NCBI GenBank assembly: GCA_963924565.1
Contig: OZ004608.1
Coordinates: 34,100,001-34,164,000 of the forward strand
Origin: Ascidiella aspersa
Taxonomy: Eukaryota
Direction of reading: 5' to 3'
Length of the DNA stretch: 64,000 nucleotides
Shown: piece by piece, positions 34,386-49,019 of the stretch
Layout: each line of letters opens with the position of its first letter
Numbering within the stretch: the first letter of the stretch is position 1
Program-made: the position numbers and the translations under genes
The notes under the pieces: generated by a model
Told to the model about the DNA's origin: nothing
The model's input: the letters and a program-made list of their open reading frames with translations, nothing else
Database searches by the model: none

Positions 34386-37300
34386 TTAGCCGTATTAACA
34401 TATCTGCATATTAACTATTGCTAACTGGCACAAAATATTAATCAAAAAACAGCTCCTTTAATTGGTCGCTGAAAGATTGGAGAAAAATGGAATTCATTTT
34501 TTTGAATAAACATATTTGGGTACGGTATTTTTAACGACATTTAAAAATTAAAGACTTTGAGAAGCACTCAAATAAAAAGATATTACTATTGTTTTGATCC
34601 CGTATAACATTAGTTTTACCATTCGTTTTAGAGTTTTGAAATAATTGAAGGACATGTTATAGGTTTATAGATGAGTCTGCCGACCATTTTAGATCTTCAC
34701 GTTAAAGCACTGTAGTCTGCTATAGTATCATTTTACCGGTGTGAGATTAAACTAACTTCTAAATTATTGGGACAAATTTGCAAGTATATATTTGAGACTG
34801 CATTAGAAAGGTTAGGTTAGAAGATCTTTCCGATTTCCTGCAAATATATTAAAAAAAACCTGTCTTCATAAATAAAGTAAATTTGTTTGTTGTTTGTACA
34901 ATCATGAGAGTTAATTGTAAGTGCTAGTTTTTAGGCACATTTGCACAAATACATTTGCACAAATGTATCAAGGGGCTGTGTTTGGTGGAAACTCTAATTG
35001 TTCCCGTAGATAAATATTTCTGTCCTTGTATATGCTTATATATGCTGGTGAAAAAGGGCAGAAAAACATGTGCAAAAAAAATCATTTTTTACAAATGTTC
35101 GCATCGCCCTATCTCGGTGCCGAATTGAGTCGACCAAAACGGATTTAAAATTGCGGTGCATAAAAGTCACGTCCACAAATTTTTTTTCCGAAAAAAGTTG
35201 GCATGAAGTGCAAAAACAGAGGCCCGGTGTTTTGCTAAGTTTAGAGCGTATACTTTGTCGCTGTAGCGGCGCCTCGCTGGCAAATTACACGCCTTCAAAA
35301 TCCCAGATTTGCTCGGTCGCACTTTCTTTTGATGTGGCAGGTACGCGCGTGCGCGGCCGTTTCCGCCCCCTTTTCCTACACCCCTAAAACACCCCCATGG
35401 GGGAGGGGGGCTTAAAAACGCGTGAAAACTCAAAGTCTATCTTCCCCTCGCTTCTTTACGTTTCACGCGTGACGACGATCGACGCGGTTCGCCGCTCGCG
35501 AGTGTTTAACTTTACCACTTAACCACTTTCGCAGGCCGAAAACGCGCCCTGTTTTCACCCCCAGCCCCCGTTTTCGACCCCTCCCTTTTTTCGCGCCACC
35601 GGCGATAATTGCGCGATCCTGAAAGTGGCGGGTTTCTGACGCTTTCAACAACGACAAGCGATTTGAACTTATTTATGTTTTACTTGCTTGAATGCTAACC
35701 TTGGTTATGGGCTGCAAAAATTTGTTCACAGTCTTAATTTGAATTATTTTTGTTTTGCATTTTATTTCTTCACACATTTCTCACCTCCTTGCAGTGTTGT
35801 AATGAGTTAAGTTAGTGTCTCGACTTAAGTGCACTTAAGTCACTGTTTTCAAATGACTTGACTTAACTTAAGTCGTTTTGGTAAAACGGCGTAACTTTAC
35901 TTGAATCGTTTAGTTTAGACTAAAGACTTCACTTGGACCTTTTGGGGGAACTGATACTTGTTACTGTTCAAGTTAAGTGGTAAAAAAGCGAAAGTGGTGG
36001 GAAAGTTAAATATGCGGTACATTGGGAAAATATGGGGTACACCCTGTTTTTCACCCTCCCTTTCTTCACCCCCTCCCTTTTTTGAGCGATAATGGCGCGA
36101 TTTGGAGAGTGACGGGTCCCTGACACTTTCAACAACGACCAGCGCTTTGTCGTTTATCGAGCGAAACGGCCTCGATGCGTTGAAAGCGCAACCTCTTGTA
36201 TGAGTTCCCTCGCAAGTGGCCAAGTTTCGTGGCTTTTTTTAAGGCCCAGTCCTCCTAAAATGGCCAATTTACCGGCGGTCGATACCCGATGCCAAGAAGT
36301 CGTATCGGTACTACCAAGTTAACATAGAAATTTTAGCAATGGTTTGCCAATTTTTCTACAATTTATTTAAATTTATTAAACGATACTAAAGGTAACTGGA
36401 CTTCTTAACGTTAAAATAAGTTTTAGCCTAATAACCTGAAAAAAATGGACTGCCAAAATGGCTAAAATCAAAATGAATACAACAAAATTATGTCGCCACG
36501 CCTTAGCTCGAGTTTATTAATCAATCTCTAGTAATTCGTGAACATCAGAGATATTTTTACCGACTTAAGTGTATCGAGTCATGTTGTTTTCAGTCGCTCG
36601 TTAGAGTTTGTTTAATTTCTATTTCCTGGTATCACCGTTTGGCGGTTAAACGTGATTGTAAATTGTGTAATTCTCAAATGAATATACGGTTTCCCAAACA
36701 GGTGCGTGTATTGGCGCTAAACTATAAGAGGGATTTTCAATGAAATCATAACCTCAAAATGATAAATCAAAGACTTGGATAAACGATAATCTTTAGAATA
36801 TAAACTAGAGCAACTATATATAATCCCTGCTTTTGTACTGCACTGCCACCCACCCAGTTGATGAGTAAGTACCAATGTTGTAAACCAGTATTTTCAAATA
36901 AATTAGGTCCCAGTCAATTCGTTTGCAAAATAAATTAGGCACAAGTCAGTCATTTTAACAATTTGCAAGCTCGGTCCCAGTCCAAGTTATTTATTACACA
37001 AGTCAATTTCAAGTCAGAGCAATGGCATTATAAATTGATATTAAGCTTTTCAAAAATTAAAATTTTCACTGTCTATTCTGACCAATCATTTGTCTAAATA
37101 ATTTCAGTCACTTCAAGTCACTTTATTAAAAGATCTAAGTAAAATGAAGTTAAGTCATTTACAATAGCGACTTAAGTGAACTTATGTCAAGTCAGTACAA
37201 CACTGGTCAATATTGCTGTACAACATTATTTGACATAGCGTGGTTACGTATTTTGATTAATTTAAAATAAACCAGAAAAGTAAACTGATCTTATACAACC

Positions 37301-40300
37301 TGTAGAAATAACATAAACCTCTTTTCACAGCAAGACCGTTTTATAGTAGGGGCGGTATCTTCAATCAATTTTAATTTACAAATTTTTCCAAAAATAGCCC
37401 AAGTTTATGACGTTTCGAATAGTGACCTTTAGGCCTTGTAGAGTTTGCCCACCCCTGCTACGAGACGCAAAACAAATATCAAAAAGCCTACACAGAAATG
37501 TGTAAAATTGCGTGGGCGTAAATAAGGCTTTTCATAAAGAAAGGGCGTTCGCACGTAAAACGTCACATTCTTGCTAGGGGCACTGACCCTAATCTTAGAG
37601 CTTTTATTAAACTGTCAAGCGAATATTTTCGCCCCTTTTTGTAGTGAATCGTCAATCCAATTTTTCCGTATTTGTGTGTTTTTAAAGTGAATCGTCAAGC
37701 CAATATTTTCCTTGGGCTTTTTTCCCTTAAAATTAGATCGTCCAGCCAATTTTTCCTGCTTATTGTTTTGATAGTGACTGTCTCCAGCCAGTAGGTTTTT
37801 CATATTATTCCTTACGATTTTCCCAGGGCAGTTTTTTATGGGCTATATTGTTTTGCCTGAAAATCGCCAAGACGATCTGACGTAGCTTTTTATTTTATCT
37901 ATTATTTCTAGCAAAATTTCCTCAAAGTTCGAATTTTACAACGCTTGTAAACTCGCGGTATTTCGTTAAACATTTTACAACAATCTAATTATGGTCATCA
38001 ATCTTCGAGCAAATGCTTCCTAGTTTTTACGAAGCCAAATTTTCAATTAAAACACAAATACAAGCTGCGCTTTCCATTTAAAAACAAATTTCGAGCCGCT
38101 TATTTTGGCATCTGCCTTGCAGCAAGTTACAAATCCCCTGGCTCCGCCGTGCTAATCGGACCACGGGGGCGCCTGGCCCGGGGGTCAAACGAGGCCAAGC
38201 GTCCAAAGTGGCCGTGACCAGGGACGGATCCAGGCTTTATGTCCGGGAAGGTCTATATGGAATTTTATGCAAGGCGTCAATCAATTATGTCGTAAAATAC
38301 AAGTAACCTTCTGTAACCCGTGGAGCACGTATTTACAGCAAGTTTTTAGATATGACGTTACGAAATATCGTCATAAATTTTAATGTCGCTTAACCATGAT
38401 AAAATGCATTAACATTACGTCACTGAACATTTAACCCCAAAATCAATTGCCCAAATTGGTCGACTTGACAAAAAAACAGCGACTAAAATCGTGTCTGAAA
38501 TAGATAACATAGCCACGCACTCACTTTTTGAAATTATAAAATCCAAGAAGAAAAAAAATTCTGGTGTAATTTAAATAGCTTGAAAAAAGTTTACAACTAT
38601 AAATATGTTCCACAGTACGTTATAAGAGTAATGGCTACACCAATCTTTTAAAATTACGCCATAAATCCAAGAAGGAAAACAATTTTCTTTTATTTTAGTA
38701 ACTTGAAAGAAGTTGTCCACAATACTTTGTTATAGCAATCACTACACAATTGCCCACCACCCATCCGCCTTTGTATCTGCCTCTGGCCGTGACCTCCTTA
38801 GGTGCTACTGTTAGCTGCTGGCGAGCGGGCTTTGTGCGCGGATTGTCCGAAAAATCGATTCGCCAACGTCGCTTCAAGCGCCATAAGCGCCATATGGAAT
38901 TCGACTTCCCTTACCTTTGTTTGCTCGCGAGCGAGAAACGGCAGACATCAAACGACCGACGACATTTTCCGTCGTTTTTCTTTCGCGATCGTAAAACAGC
39001 GACGCACCGCGCGATTCCAGACGACACGTTCCCCTGGCACTGACCCCAGCCCGGAACATGTAACCGTGAAGTTTAAACGTAGACATGTACAAAAACTTTT
39101 ACATCGCTTACAAACGCCTTGCTGTTTCAAGGTCAATTGTGGTCTAAAGCAAGTGTTGTAAACAAGTCATTTTATGATCACTTAAGCCCAGCCAAGTCAT
39201 TTGTAAAAATGATAAAGTCTAAGTTAAGCATTTTCGAATCAACAACAAGACAAGGCCCAGGCAAGTCATTATTAGAGCAAGTTTTTAGCTTTAACCGGTT
39301 ACCTAATGAATGACTTGCTTCTAGAATACTTGCCTCCGTATATATCGGTAACACGAAAACACCCTTGCAAAATAACAAAATGAGTTTGTGGCACACTTAT
39401 GTTTTCTCTGACCCGCAATTGTCAATTGTTACTTCCGGTTTTACGGTTATCTGGCCCGGTGTGAAAACAGTTTGTTTAACCCCGCCTTCCCCTAAAAGTA
39501 GGGTCGTTTTTTGTTGTGCCAAAGCTCGTCAGCTTTAAAATACAATTTGTTAACAGTGTCACTTGTTTTCAGTATTTGAATGAGACAAATGCGGCCATCA
39601 ACCAAGATAGCTTTTTCGGTTTCTTACCGCCTGTTCAGTTTACACATCTGCTTTAAAAACACACGTAACGGCCGCGTAAATTGTGGCGCAGACGCTAGAC
39701 AGTCGTAGAACCGCAAACGGTCAACGTCCTTCGGTTCACGTCGTAGCTCCACGTTTAACGATCGCATCCGACGCTTTTGTACGAAGCCGCTGCGTACGCA
39801 GATGAGGCGTGTAAGCGGCGAGATTAGGTTGTTTTACGAGCCGCCGTGGCGCAAGCTAGACGCCGATTTGTCAATATTGGGCAAATATATATCGAAAACT
39901 TGAAGGAGCTGAGCGCAGTGTTTTATCGAACCTTTTTTGGCGCAACCTGCATACTTAGCGTTCTAATTCATTCAGCTTTAATGGCGTTTTGCATCGAACC
40001 TTAGGTTTGAAACTTTCAAGTCATTTTGAAACAAGCAAAATACGACAAAATTTGAAACTCTTAGGCCGAAGCTTTGCGACCCTCAGAGATGCGCTTAGAA
40101 TTAAAACCAGGACAGTTTTGTTTGGACGCAATTCACCAAATTGTTTGCGGAACTAGTCATTTCGGCCACAGACGCAAAACTCCATAGGATGATGCGCTAA
40201 ACCCCTAAAAATCGCGCGTAAATATCGGAATCTTTTTTCGCCTATATCCACCCTTAACACAGCGTCAATAAGATATATTTCGGGGGTGGTTGGATCAAGT

Positions 40301-40941
40301 GAGATGGGCCTTTGAGATTAGCAAAAGCTGCAACAGCAGGTGCCGGTTCTCGAGGCGTGTCCATTTGCTTTGTACAGATCGCAAATGAACATCGACACCC
40401 TTTAAAACCCGACATTAGCTAAATAAACAATCCTCCCTTAGTAATGACACCTCTACATTCTCATTTCAACGATCCGAGCGCTTATTCCTAGACCGTCACC
40501 CCCGAAAAATACCCCCTACGCCTGTCGGGGGCCAAGATCAAAAAGCTGGGGCCAATTTCGGGGGTCCTAGGGGCGTCCGGCGGACCGCCAGACTGTGAAA
40601 TATTGCCCCTAAGACCTCGTATTAGCACTAATCCGCCGACAAGAGAAAGTCTTGTTCTGCGAGTGCAACCCTTGCTTAAAGGCGAAGTGCGACAACCGAC
40701 CATCAAGGTATTAGGCGACCCCGGGAACTTTAAGCTGGTGCGTTTTTATATTTGCGCCAAACGGCATTCCATTCACACCTCTGGCTTCCGGGAGAGATTT
40801 TTTTGACGAAATTTGAAAACTTTCTTTTTCGATTTTGTTTCGTCATTGACTGGTGTGATGATATGAATAGGGGTGTTCATAATGGATTGCAACCGGATAA
40901 TCACTCTACAAGTGGGTGCAAAGACTGAAGGGTGCCACAAC

Positions 40942-41320
40942 TTAGGATATCCGATAATATCGGATTGGAGCCGATACCCGATGTCAAGTAATAGTATCGA
41001 TACTCGTCCGATATTATGGTGGTATCGGTGCAGATCTGACATTACATGATTTTGTGCGTAAAAACCATGTTTTGTAATCCAACCTAGAGTATATTTAAAG
41101 ATAAATTTCCAATAAGTAATACTTTTAAATAGAAGATAAATATACTTTCTAGCAGAAAGATTTCAGCCCAACTCTGAAAATGATTTAGATTGCACCTTGT
41201 AATTTGATTATGGTTTTTAGACTACGGTAATGACGTAATTTGGTATCAGATCGTCATACTTTTTGTCTAAAATATCGGGAATCGGTGTGGGAATAAAATA
41301 TCAAGTACCCGACATCCTTA
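40942..41320. mobile_element. MITE of the TAGGGATGTCCGA family
   Basis: Start TTAGGATATCCGATAATATCGGATTGGAGCCGATAC is nearly identical to the 6439 copy. End CCGACATCCTTA. Confidence 0.65.
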
Positions 41321-41424
41321 AACAAAAAGATGATTACTATTATTTGTTTTAGAATCTATATTTACAATTGTTTAAACTGAACCTAAAGGGACACCAATAT
41401 ACTTAGATACGTTATGTAAATAGG

Positions 41425-41603
41425 TACACTATGCACGGATCTGTAATGTAGCTTGATAATAATAATATTACGTTCCGCCTTTTATAAGCGAGGTTTGGAT
41501 ATATTTAGTCACATCAACTGATGATGATACAAGAACGTATCGAAACGTCTTTATCAAGATGATGTTGATTTACCTTTTTGGGCTTTGAGATCATTATCAA
41601 GTT
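41425..41603 (+). mobile_element. Penelope-like asymmetric hairpin element, family C
   Basis: Tail TACACTATGCACGGATCTGTAATGT, short arms AGCTTGATAAT / ATTATCAAGTT, and an intact hammerhead core inside. Confidence 0.75.
41507..41570 (+). ncRNA. Minimal type I hammerhead ribozyme motif (Penelope-type)
   Basis: CTGATGA(41518-24)-T-stem II GATAC/GTATC (loop AAGAAC)-GAAA-CG-TC(41549). Stem I is AGTCACATCA paired with TGATGTTGATT across an internal loop. Helix III is reduced to the palindrome ACGT. Confidence 0.75.
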
Positions 41604-43899
41604 GAACCAAAAAGATTTCAAAAAGCAAAGTGAAATGTTATTTGGATATGGAAGCCACACAATGATTAACCGCCCATCCTGTTTTTAAGCGTTTAAATTT
41701 AGACGGCTTGTTGACAGAAACAACAGTTGTTTTTAACCGTTCGAGTCCCAACATAAAGGCGATATAAACATATAGAAACCGTAGCCTATTGCTTTGGTTC
41801 AAAGGCTAAATGTTTTACCTTTTTAAAAGAAGTCATACGTTTCCGATTTGTACTGGTGAAAGTCATTTAATTGTTGATGAGTTAATACACAAACAATTCG
41901 ATGGTGTTTAGACATCAGTTGTTTTTCATTTTAAATGGATTCCACCGACTTTCTCAAAAACAAAAAGTTTCAAAATTTGTCTATCGTAATGCCTTATACA
42001 CCAGCAAATATATTACATTATTACACTTCTGTGTTTTTAAGTTTTTATTAGTTTATTTACAAACAATTTACTGGCATTCTGACTGCAATGTTGAGTCAAA
42101 CATGAGATAAACGCTTTTATCCGGGGCACTGTAGTATTTGTTTAGAACGAACCACAAAATGTTTTGCGATTCTATGTTAAGTAGTAATACCAGCAGATGA
42201 TATATTCGTCAAAACTTCCGCCATTTTGATACATACAAGCCGTGGTATTGGAAATAATGAAATGCGATCGGGCGCTATTAAGATAGCTAAAAGCGGGCGG
42301 CGCGGGGTATCATTTCGCCGGCTTTCGATTCCGACTGGAAAAGACAAGATTTAAAGCTCGTCATGACGTCATAGCTTGTTTAAGGACACTTTACAAGCCA
42401 TCTACAACTATTCCCTCTATATTTTCAAAAGTTTTTGTAATGACGATAAAATTATACCAAGATTCACTTTTTGGGGGAGAGGAAGTCCGCAAAAAAACTA
42501 TTCACTTTCCACTTAAAACAAAATGATTTAAATCCTCCATAAACTTTAAACGTATTTGCAGCAGTTCGTTCCGCGTAAATTGTTTTAAATTTGGGAAAAT
42601 TCCCTTGTAGCCATTTAACAGCAGGTGCTATCCGGTTGCACTTGCTGTGCTCAAACTGTTGTGCAATCCATGTAGGGCCAACACCCATACGAGAAACTCA
42701 AAAAACAAAGAAAAAATATAGCTGCAACGAACCCCCCTTTTACTTTGTACGGCCACATAAAGCTGCAAACACACAAAGACATAAAAGTATAGCTCTCCAA
42801 CCAACAACGAAACTAAAGACCCGTATTTACTATTTTGTTGAAACACACGAGCTGGTAATTGTCTGCAATCGTATACAGCGCCATCCGGTGTCGATTCGGT
42901 CGCGTTTTGGTACCCCCCTCACCCCCAAGGGTCCCCAGATGGGTTAGTCGCGCGACGTCGGGTCCCAAAGAGCCCCACGCCGTTTGTTTGTACACAAATC
43001 GGCCCCCAATCTGGTATCGATATCACTTGGGAACCCCTGTATCGCGTAACCCCCGAAAACGTACCCCAAGCAGTCACCCAAGACCCCTATTAACCGCTGG
43101 GGCGCTTTCTATTTGTACTGTGTGCAGATTCGGCGGCAATACTTTTTGTGTTATTTATTTCTGCTTAATTGAACCAAGCGAATTTACATTTTAGGTGTTT
43201 AGGAAGAATTTGATTAAATGTGTGATGTTGTCTGTCCTATGAATATCATTAAACGTAACTTGTGTTCCTTACAATCGTGCAAGATCAATTTTTAACCATG
43301 TACTTTTGGTAAATTTATTATCTTTTAAAATTTGTAATGTGACAAACATCTAAAATATCATTTGCGATTATATTATGCAGTGCTACCTAACTATAGGCTT
43401 GCAATGTTGATGAAATGCTTATATTACACGACAAGTCCTTATTTAGATGTTTTCACATAAATTTGGTGTTGAAACTCAGAGAACCGTATATAGGTGTGAA
43501 TATCATTCTGACGGCCATAAATAAAAAGGATTTTAAGCGTTACCGGCTGGGCACTTTGCTGCGGGCGTGATTCGCCAGCCTAAAGGGATCAATTTGCAAA
43601 GGACCGCCACCGCAGAATCGGCCGATCCTGATTCGAAATCGATTCCCAGTTTGACGGAGCTACAAGACCCAAATACCAAACGTCAAGGCGCAAATACAAA
43701 TGCAAACCTGTCGCGAATTCATTCCATAATTTTTCATTTCGTTCTAATGGCACCGGCAACAAGGTTTGCTCCAAAAACTTTTATAAACAGAAAACTTTTT
43801 TTTCTTAGCTATTGACACCTTAAACTCAACTTAAATTTAATTTAATATGTGGTAATAAGGGTACGACTAAAATAGCATATACAATAGCAAACAATTTTT

Positions 43900-44475
43900 T
43901 ATTATTATTTTATCCATTTACATCCTACAACTAAGATTAAACATTCGCGTTAGGACGTATGCGATTAAAACGGTATGTAAAAAGGCGGACCACTATTTTG
44001 TTTATTTGTATAGTAGGAACATTAAAGATCATACTGTACGTCTAACAACAACCTCCAACCATTATGCTTCTTAATTTCTTTATTATTCAATTTTCCATTA
44101 ACAATTAAGGTTGAACATTCGCGTTAAGACGTATGCGATTACAGCATGTACAAAGGCAAACCACTATTTCTTCATTTGTACCAAGAAGATCGAATATCAA
44201 GCCCATACTACTTTCATTTCCAACCTTCTATCATTATGCTCCAATACTTCTTTATTATTCCATCTTCCCCTTACAATCAAGGTTAAACATTGACCAACGT
44301 ATGCGATAAAAAAAGTATGTATAACCGGAAAAACAATTTTCCTTGATCAAATAAACCAAGCCAGACTGCTCGGGTAAATAGAAAACATGCGACCATCTTC
44401 GCTGCTTTTCACGTCCTATTTTTAGGTTAAAACATGCGGGTAAAAATCTATGCGATTAAAACGGCCTGTAGAAAC
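43900..44475. repeat. Degenerate ~165-bp tandem repeat, about 4 units, with family A remnants
   Basis: Recurring GGTTAAACATT...CGTATGCGATTAAAACGG.ATGTA. CCAACCATTATGCT(C) tails at ~44056 and ~44232. Confidence 0.6.
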
Positions 44476-47142
44476 AAACCAAGGCTTTGGAATAAACATA
44501 ACTTGAAAGCAAGGGTCCTAATCGTCGTGTACACTGGGCTCTTAGCGGCCTACACTTTTACCGTTGATATCGATCTGACGAACTTGAGACGGCAAGCGGG
44601 CCGTTAAAATCACTTTGTTTACGCCCGGAACGCTTTGGCGGCTTAGACGGAACCGCTTTGGCGGCTTAGTAGGGAACGCTTGTCGCATTTTGTAAGGGCG
44701 TTTGATTGAATGGGCGGTTTCGAAGCGGGTCTAATACAACCTATGCGATTAGGAAATGTTTTCCGCTGCGTAATTATACTACAACAGCACGGGAGAAACT
44801 GTTTTTGTGTTTAATCATTCGTTTTTTTCTTCCGGTTTGCACCTAAAATAGGAGTTCAACTATATAGGCACTATTTTAAATATTTTTGAAAATTGGACCA
44901 TTTCAACGTTTTTTTCCCTTCTACACCGAAAATAGTTTGAGTTTGACCGGATAGGCACTATTTGACATATTTCTTAAAATCGGAAGAGTTTATTGATTAC
45001 AATACTTATAGGTTTTAGTCAATAGCCCGACTTGAGTAACTGATGATTCTAACTGGAACTTGATTTGCTATTGTTCGCAAATGACATTCAGTAGATCGTT
45101 TTGCTAATAATTTGACTTGGACTAAAGTCATTTAGCAAATAATTTGACTTGTATTCTGTCATACAAAATACCTAGTTTATAACACCGGACAAAGGCCTGT
45201 TTTTCAGCTTGCGAAATTCAGCTATGTCCCTCGGCAATTATTCACCACTAACGTCGTTTTAGCAAACGAGAATTAGCGCTTTCAAATGAAAGAATTAGCC
45301 TTAAATGTGCATGGAAACGCACGAAACCGGCCGCTCAAGTTTTGCGGTCTTAGTGCGGCATTTAAAAGCACACGTCGCCCCACAATGCTAATTGCACGGC
45401 GCAGGTTGGCGAAGCACGTCACTGTCAAAAGCTTTTATTGCCCGCCTTAAATAGATGATTTTAATGCGCGTTCATTCGGGTTGTGTGCTTGGACCGCCAG
45501 CTAGGATTGAAAGCCATACATGGCCTAATATTTTGACCCTCACTATCATTGGTCATAAACTGATTCCACCGTGTTGTTTCGATTTATTTAAATATCGAAA
45601 AGGGGTTCGGAAAGTCCGTCTCGATTAAATACTTTGGGGGCCCGTAAACTCTGTGACTAAAAAAAGGATTGAAGCCACTGCTCAGAAACTTTTTTAGCGC
45701 GGCGTAAAGAACCAAGCTCTAGCAAATTTCCAGATATTCTAGCCCAAAAATAAAGAGCACAGCGTAGGTATCAGCATAAGGACGTGGAAACGGCGCAATC
45801 ACGCCTTTGTAAAAACCGCAGTGCTTCCATAATAAACGTACACTGGCTCGTGAATGTCACTGATCATTAGCAGGCTGGTGCCGTCGAATGACGCGTTATT
45901 AGTCAAAGACTAGTTATCATATTGCTCGGAGCCGGGAATTATCAGGGCGAAGGGTGGTCGGAGAAATATCCAAACAAACCTAGGCGCGGCTGGGTGGAAT
46001 GGGCGTTGCTCTTTTTACGAGAGTTCACCGCCAGATTAGCGCCGTTCCCCGGCCTTTTAAACCTGTATTTCCCGCGGATTCGCGTCGACAGCTTGGACCG
46101 CCGTTCTTGGAACTCTCTGATTTTGCTGATTTTGTTTTTTCCTCGATTTTTCTCAGAATCCGTTGGTTTTCAAAATGTTTAAGCGGCTAACCTTGTGGTT
46201 TCTGTAGGTTTTGATCTGTCGCATTTCGATTAAAACGCGTAAAAATAAATTTGCGATTTGATTATGTTGTATTACTAGAACCAAGGATTTTGAATAAAAG
46301 AAGGAGAATTAAATAAAGGAGGAATTAAAGTCACCGTAATCTTTATAATTCGCTGTACATTTTTACGAACCTACCGATACGTCAAATGTAAATTATTTTA
46401 CGCACTTTTTCTTTGAACTCGAAAAATGTTTTTAAATGGACCCAGCAACTTTTTGCTGCATTTCCTTTAAGGTTAGATTTGTCTTTACCTTGTTTCACAA
46501 GCGTCAGATCTGGAACCGTAAAAAATACCATTTTTGCCGCGCTCCGGGAAACCCCCGGTTCTAATTGCTACTCGGAAAAAATTCCAGCTTTCCCTTTGAC
46601 GAATATTTAGGAAAGGCGCGCCTAAGTGCCACACCTATAACGACCATTACCAACGCATTAGTTCACTATACATTCAGGCCCAAATATTTGCAATTTTTAC
46701 CACTTTTGGGCCGGTGTACTCAGCCTACCAATGGGTACCAGGCTATGTTTCAAACCGTGTGTTTTAGGTAGTCCAAGATAAAGTGGATAGCATATGGTAA
46801 AAGTTGACCTCCCTAACATTGCCGAAACATTGAATATAGATACTAGGCTATCGTTTTAGATAAGCTATTGTCGAACGTACCAAGCCTTACTAGACCCTCC
46901 AGTCAACTTTATTCATAATATTTCAAACTTTTTGAACTTTGCCATTTAACTTAACTGTTTAATGCGAAAAACGTCGCCAACTTTGTTTTATTCTGCCACC
47001 TTTTCAGACAGCTTATGTAAAAAAGCAGAAAAAAAGGTCCTAAAAGAAGGGATAAAATAACCCGAACAATAGCGACAAAAAAACTAAATTAATGGTAAAA
47101 AAGAACCAAAAATATCGGTCCTTTAAAGAGATGGTTGCTTTC

Positions 47143-47426
47143 AAAACGGCCTCAAAAACGGCCTAAAATTTGGCCTAATAATTGGCTAAAAATCGGCCTA
47201 AAAATGGCCTAAAAATGGCCTAAAAATTGACCTAAAAACCGGCCTAAAAGCGGACTAAAAGCTGCCTAAAAATTGGCTCAAAATCGGCCTAAAATTGGCT
47301 AAAAATCAGCCTAAAATTGGCTAAAAATCTGCCTAAAATTGGCTAAAAATCTGCCTAAAATTGACTAAAAATCGGCCTAAAAATGGTCTAAAAAAATGGT
47401 TTAAAAATGGCCTAAAAATCAGCCTA
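47143..47426. repeat. 10-11-bp minisatellite (AAAA(A)TCGGCCT / AAAATTGGCT), roughly 25 units
   Basis: Direct inspection of the tandem array in hh intron 1. Confidence 0.92.
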
Positions 47427-48910
47427 TAAACAACCGATTCCAGCCGACCGTCGCAAATGGTCCGTTTCCCTCTCGTCACACCACTTACCGCTAACGAAGG
47501 CGATCGCGCGCCGCGGCGACAAAGGCGGAATTATGTCGTCATAACGCGGTCGCGGGCGAGCGTCGCCCAAGGGCCCGGGCACCCCCTCCCCCACCCGGTT
47601 CCGCATCACCGCCCATGTCACAACACGCCGCTAAGTGGTCGCGCTTTTAGAAAATGGCGGCAAGTGCCTGTTTCCGTTTCTGGGCCCTTTCGATTTTTCT
47701 TACCTCCTCGTGGTTTTTACCGCTTTGTCGGGCAAATTTCTGTTGCGTAATACCTGAATTGCCTATGGCAGTAGGGGTGGGGGGGGGGGGTTGCCATGGG
47801 GCCACATGAGTAACATACAATTTTTTTTTTTTTTGGTTGGGGCTTGTATAAAAGCGAATGTGAAGTTCGCATACTACAAACTCTTAATTCATATTTTAAG
47901 AAAGGTGTTTGTACTGCAGGAATGCCCGATACACTTTAATCCGATACCGATATTTGCGACAAAACGTATCGCGACCCGATCCGATATTAAATGACGACAT
48001 TACTAAGCATCAATAGATGAAGTTAAAGGGGTTTTTTTGCCAAAATTTGCCTAAGCTTTAGAAAGTTTAGTTATCTATACTTGTTACCCTATACTAATTT
48101 TTGATGAATTTACAAAAAAATGCTTAGAGGGAACATTGCTGGCCTTCTTTTTGGGGCGGGTGCCGTTATGCAATCGGCGGTCAATGGTACGTTTACGGCC
48201 TATAGAAAGCCAAATGTGAGTCAGACCACTCAGTTTGGTCAAATGATGCACTTGGACGTTGGACTACGCCCCATTAACACACCGCACCCGAAATAAATAT
48301 AAAAAGTCCTTTGTCTTTCATTGGGGGCCGAAATTCTCCGCTGTTGTGTCACTTGTTTAAGACACAATCTTTCCACACCTAATGTATTCTTAGTATCGGC
48401 GAGAGGTGTTCTGTAAATATTGCGGAAGTGAGAATGTGACTTCACTTGCGAGTCACTCTTTTGCTATCGGACAGTAAGTGACTAAATCAGTCTAAAAATA
48501 TAACGTAGAATGGTTACACCGAATTACAATCTTTCCAGTGTGTATCTATAGTGTGAAAATGCATTGGGGAATATACAGTTTAAGCAAGGTTTTACAGCAA
48601 CATCGAAAGTCCCATTTATCATTAGTAGAAATGTGAACTAAATTATCGTTACACAACAATGTGAAAATTTTACATTTCGACAGTGTTTCTTAATTATTTC
48701 TTTCTTTTCCGTGTGCGTATAAAGCTAAATGACTCAACTTTATTTGGAGAACTAATAGATCAGCCTAATAATTTAGAAAATACAATGCAGCATGGCTCAT
48801 ACAAGAATACATACGTGTTAATTGCAACACCAAATGTTGTTCCTAATTCTTACCAAATGTGTTCCTAAAGAAATGCACATGCAGAAGTATTCATTTGTCA
48901 ACATTTGGGG

Positions 48911-49019
48911 ATTGAAAGGTATAAAGAGATATCCAAAACGTTCAAAATTAAACCTACTTTGGTATGGGTTTTCATATTCTTACTACATCTAACTACAACC
49001 TCCAACCAATATGCTCAAA
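48911..49019 (+). mobile_element. Family A hairpin element, single arm with a degenerate hammerhead
   Basis: TTGAAAG-GTATAAAGAGATATCC-AAAACGTTCAAAAT...GTATGGG.TTT.ATATTCTTA.TAC.TC.AACTACAACCTCCAACCA.TATGCTC. Confidence 0.62.

Noticed and set aside
47143-47426. CRISPR-like periodicity
   Set aside because: Contiguous 10-11-bp units with no unique spacers, in eukaryotic intronic DNA; it is a minisatellite.
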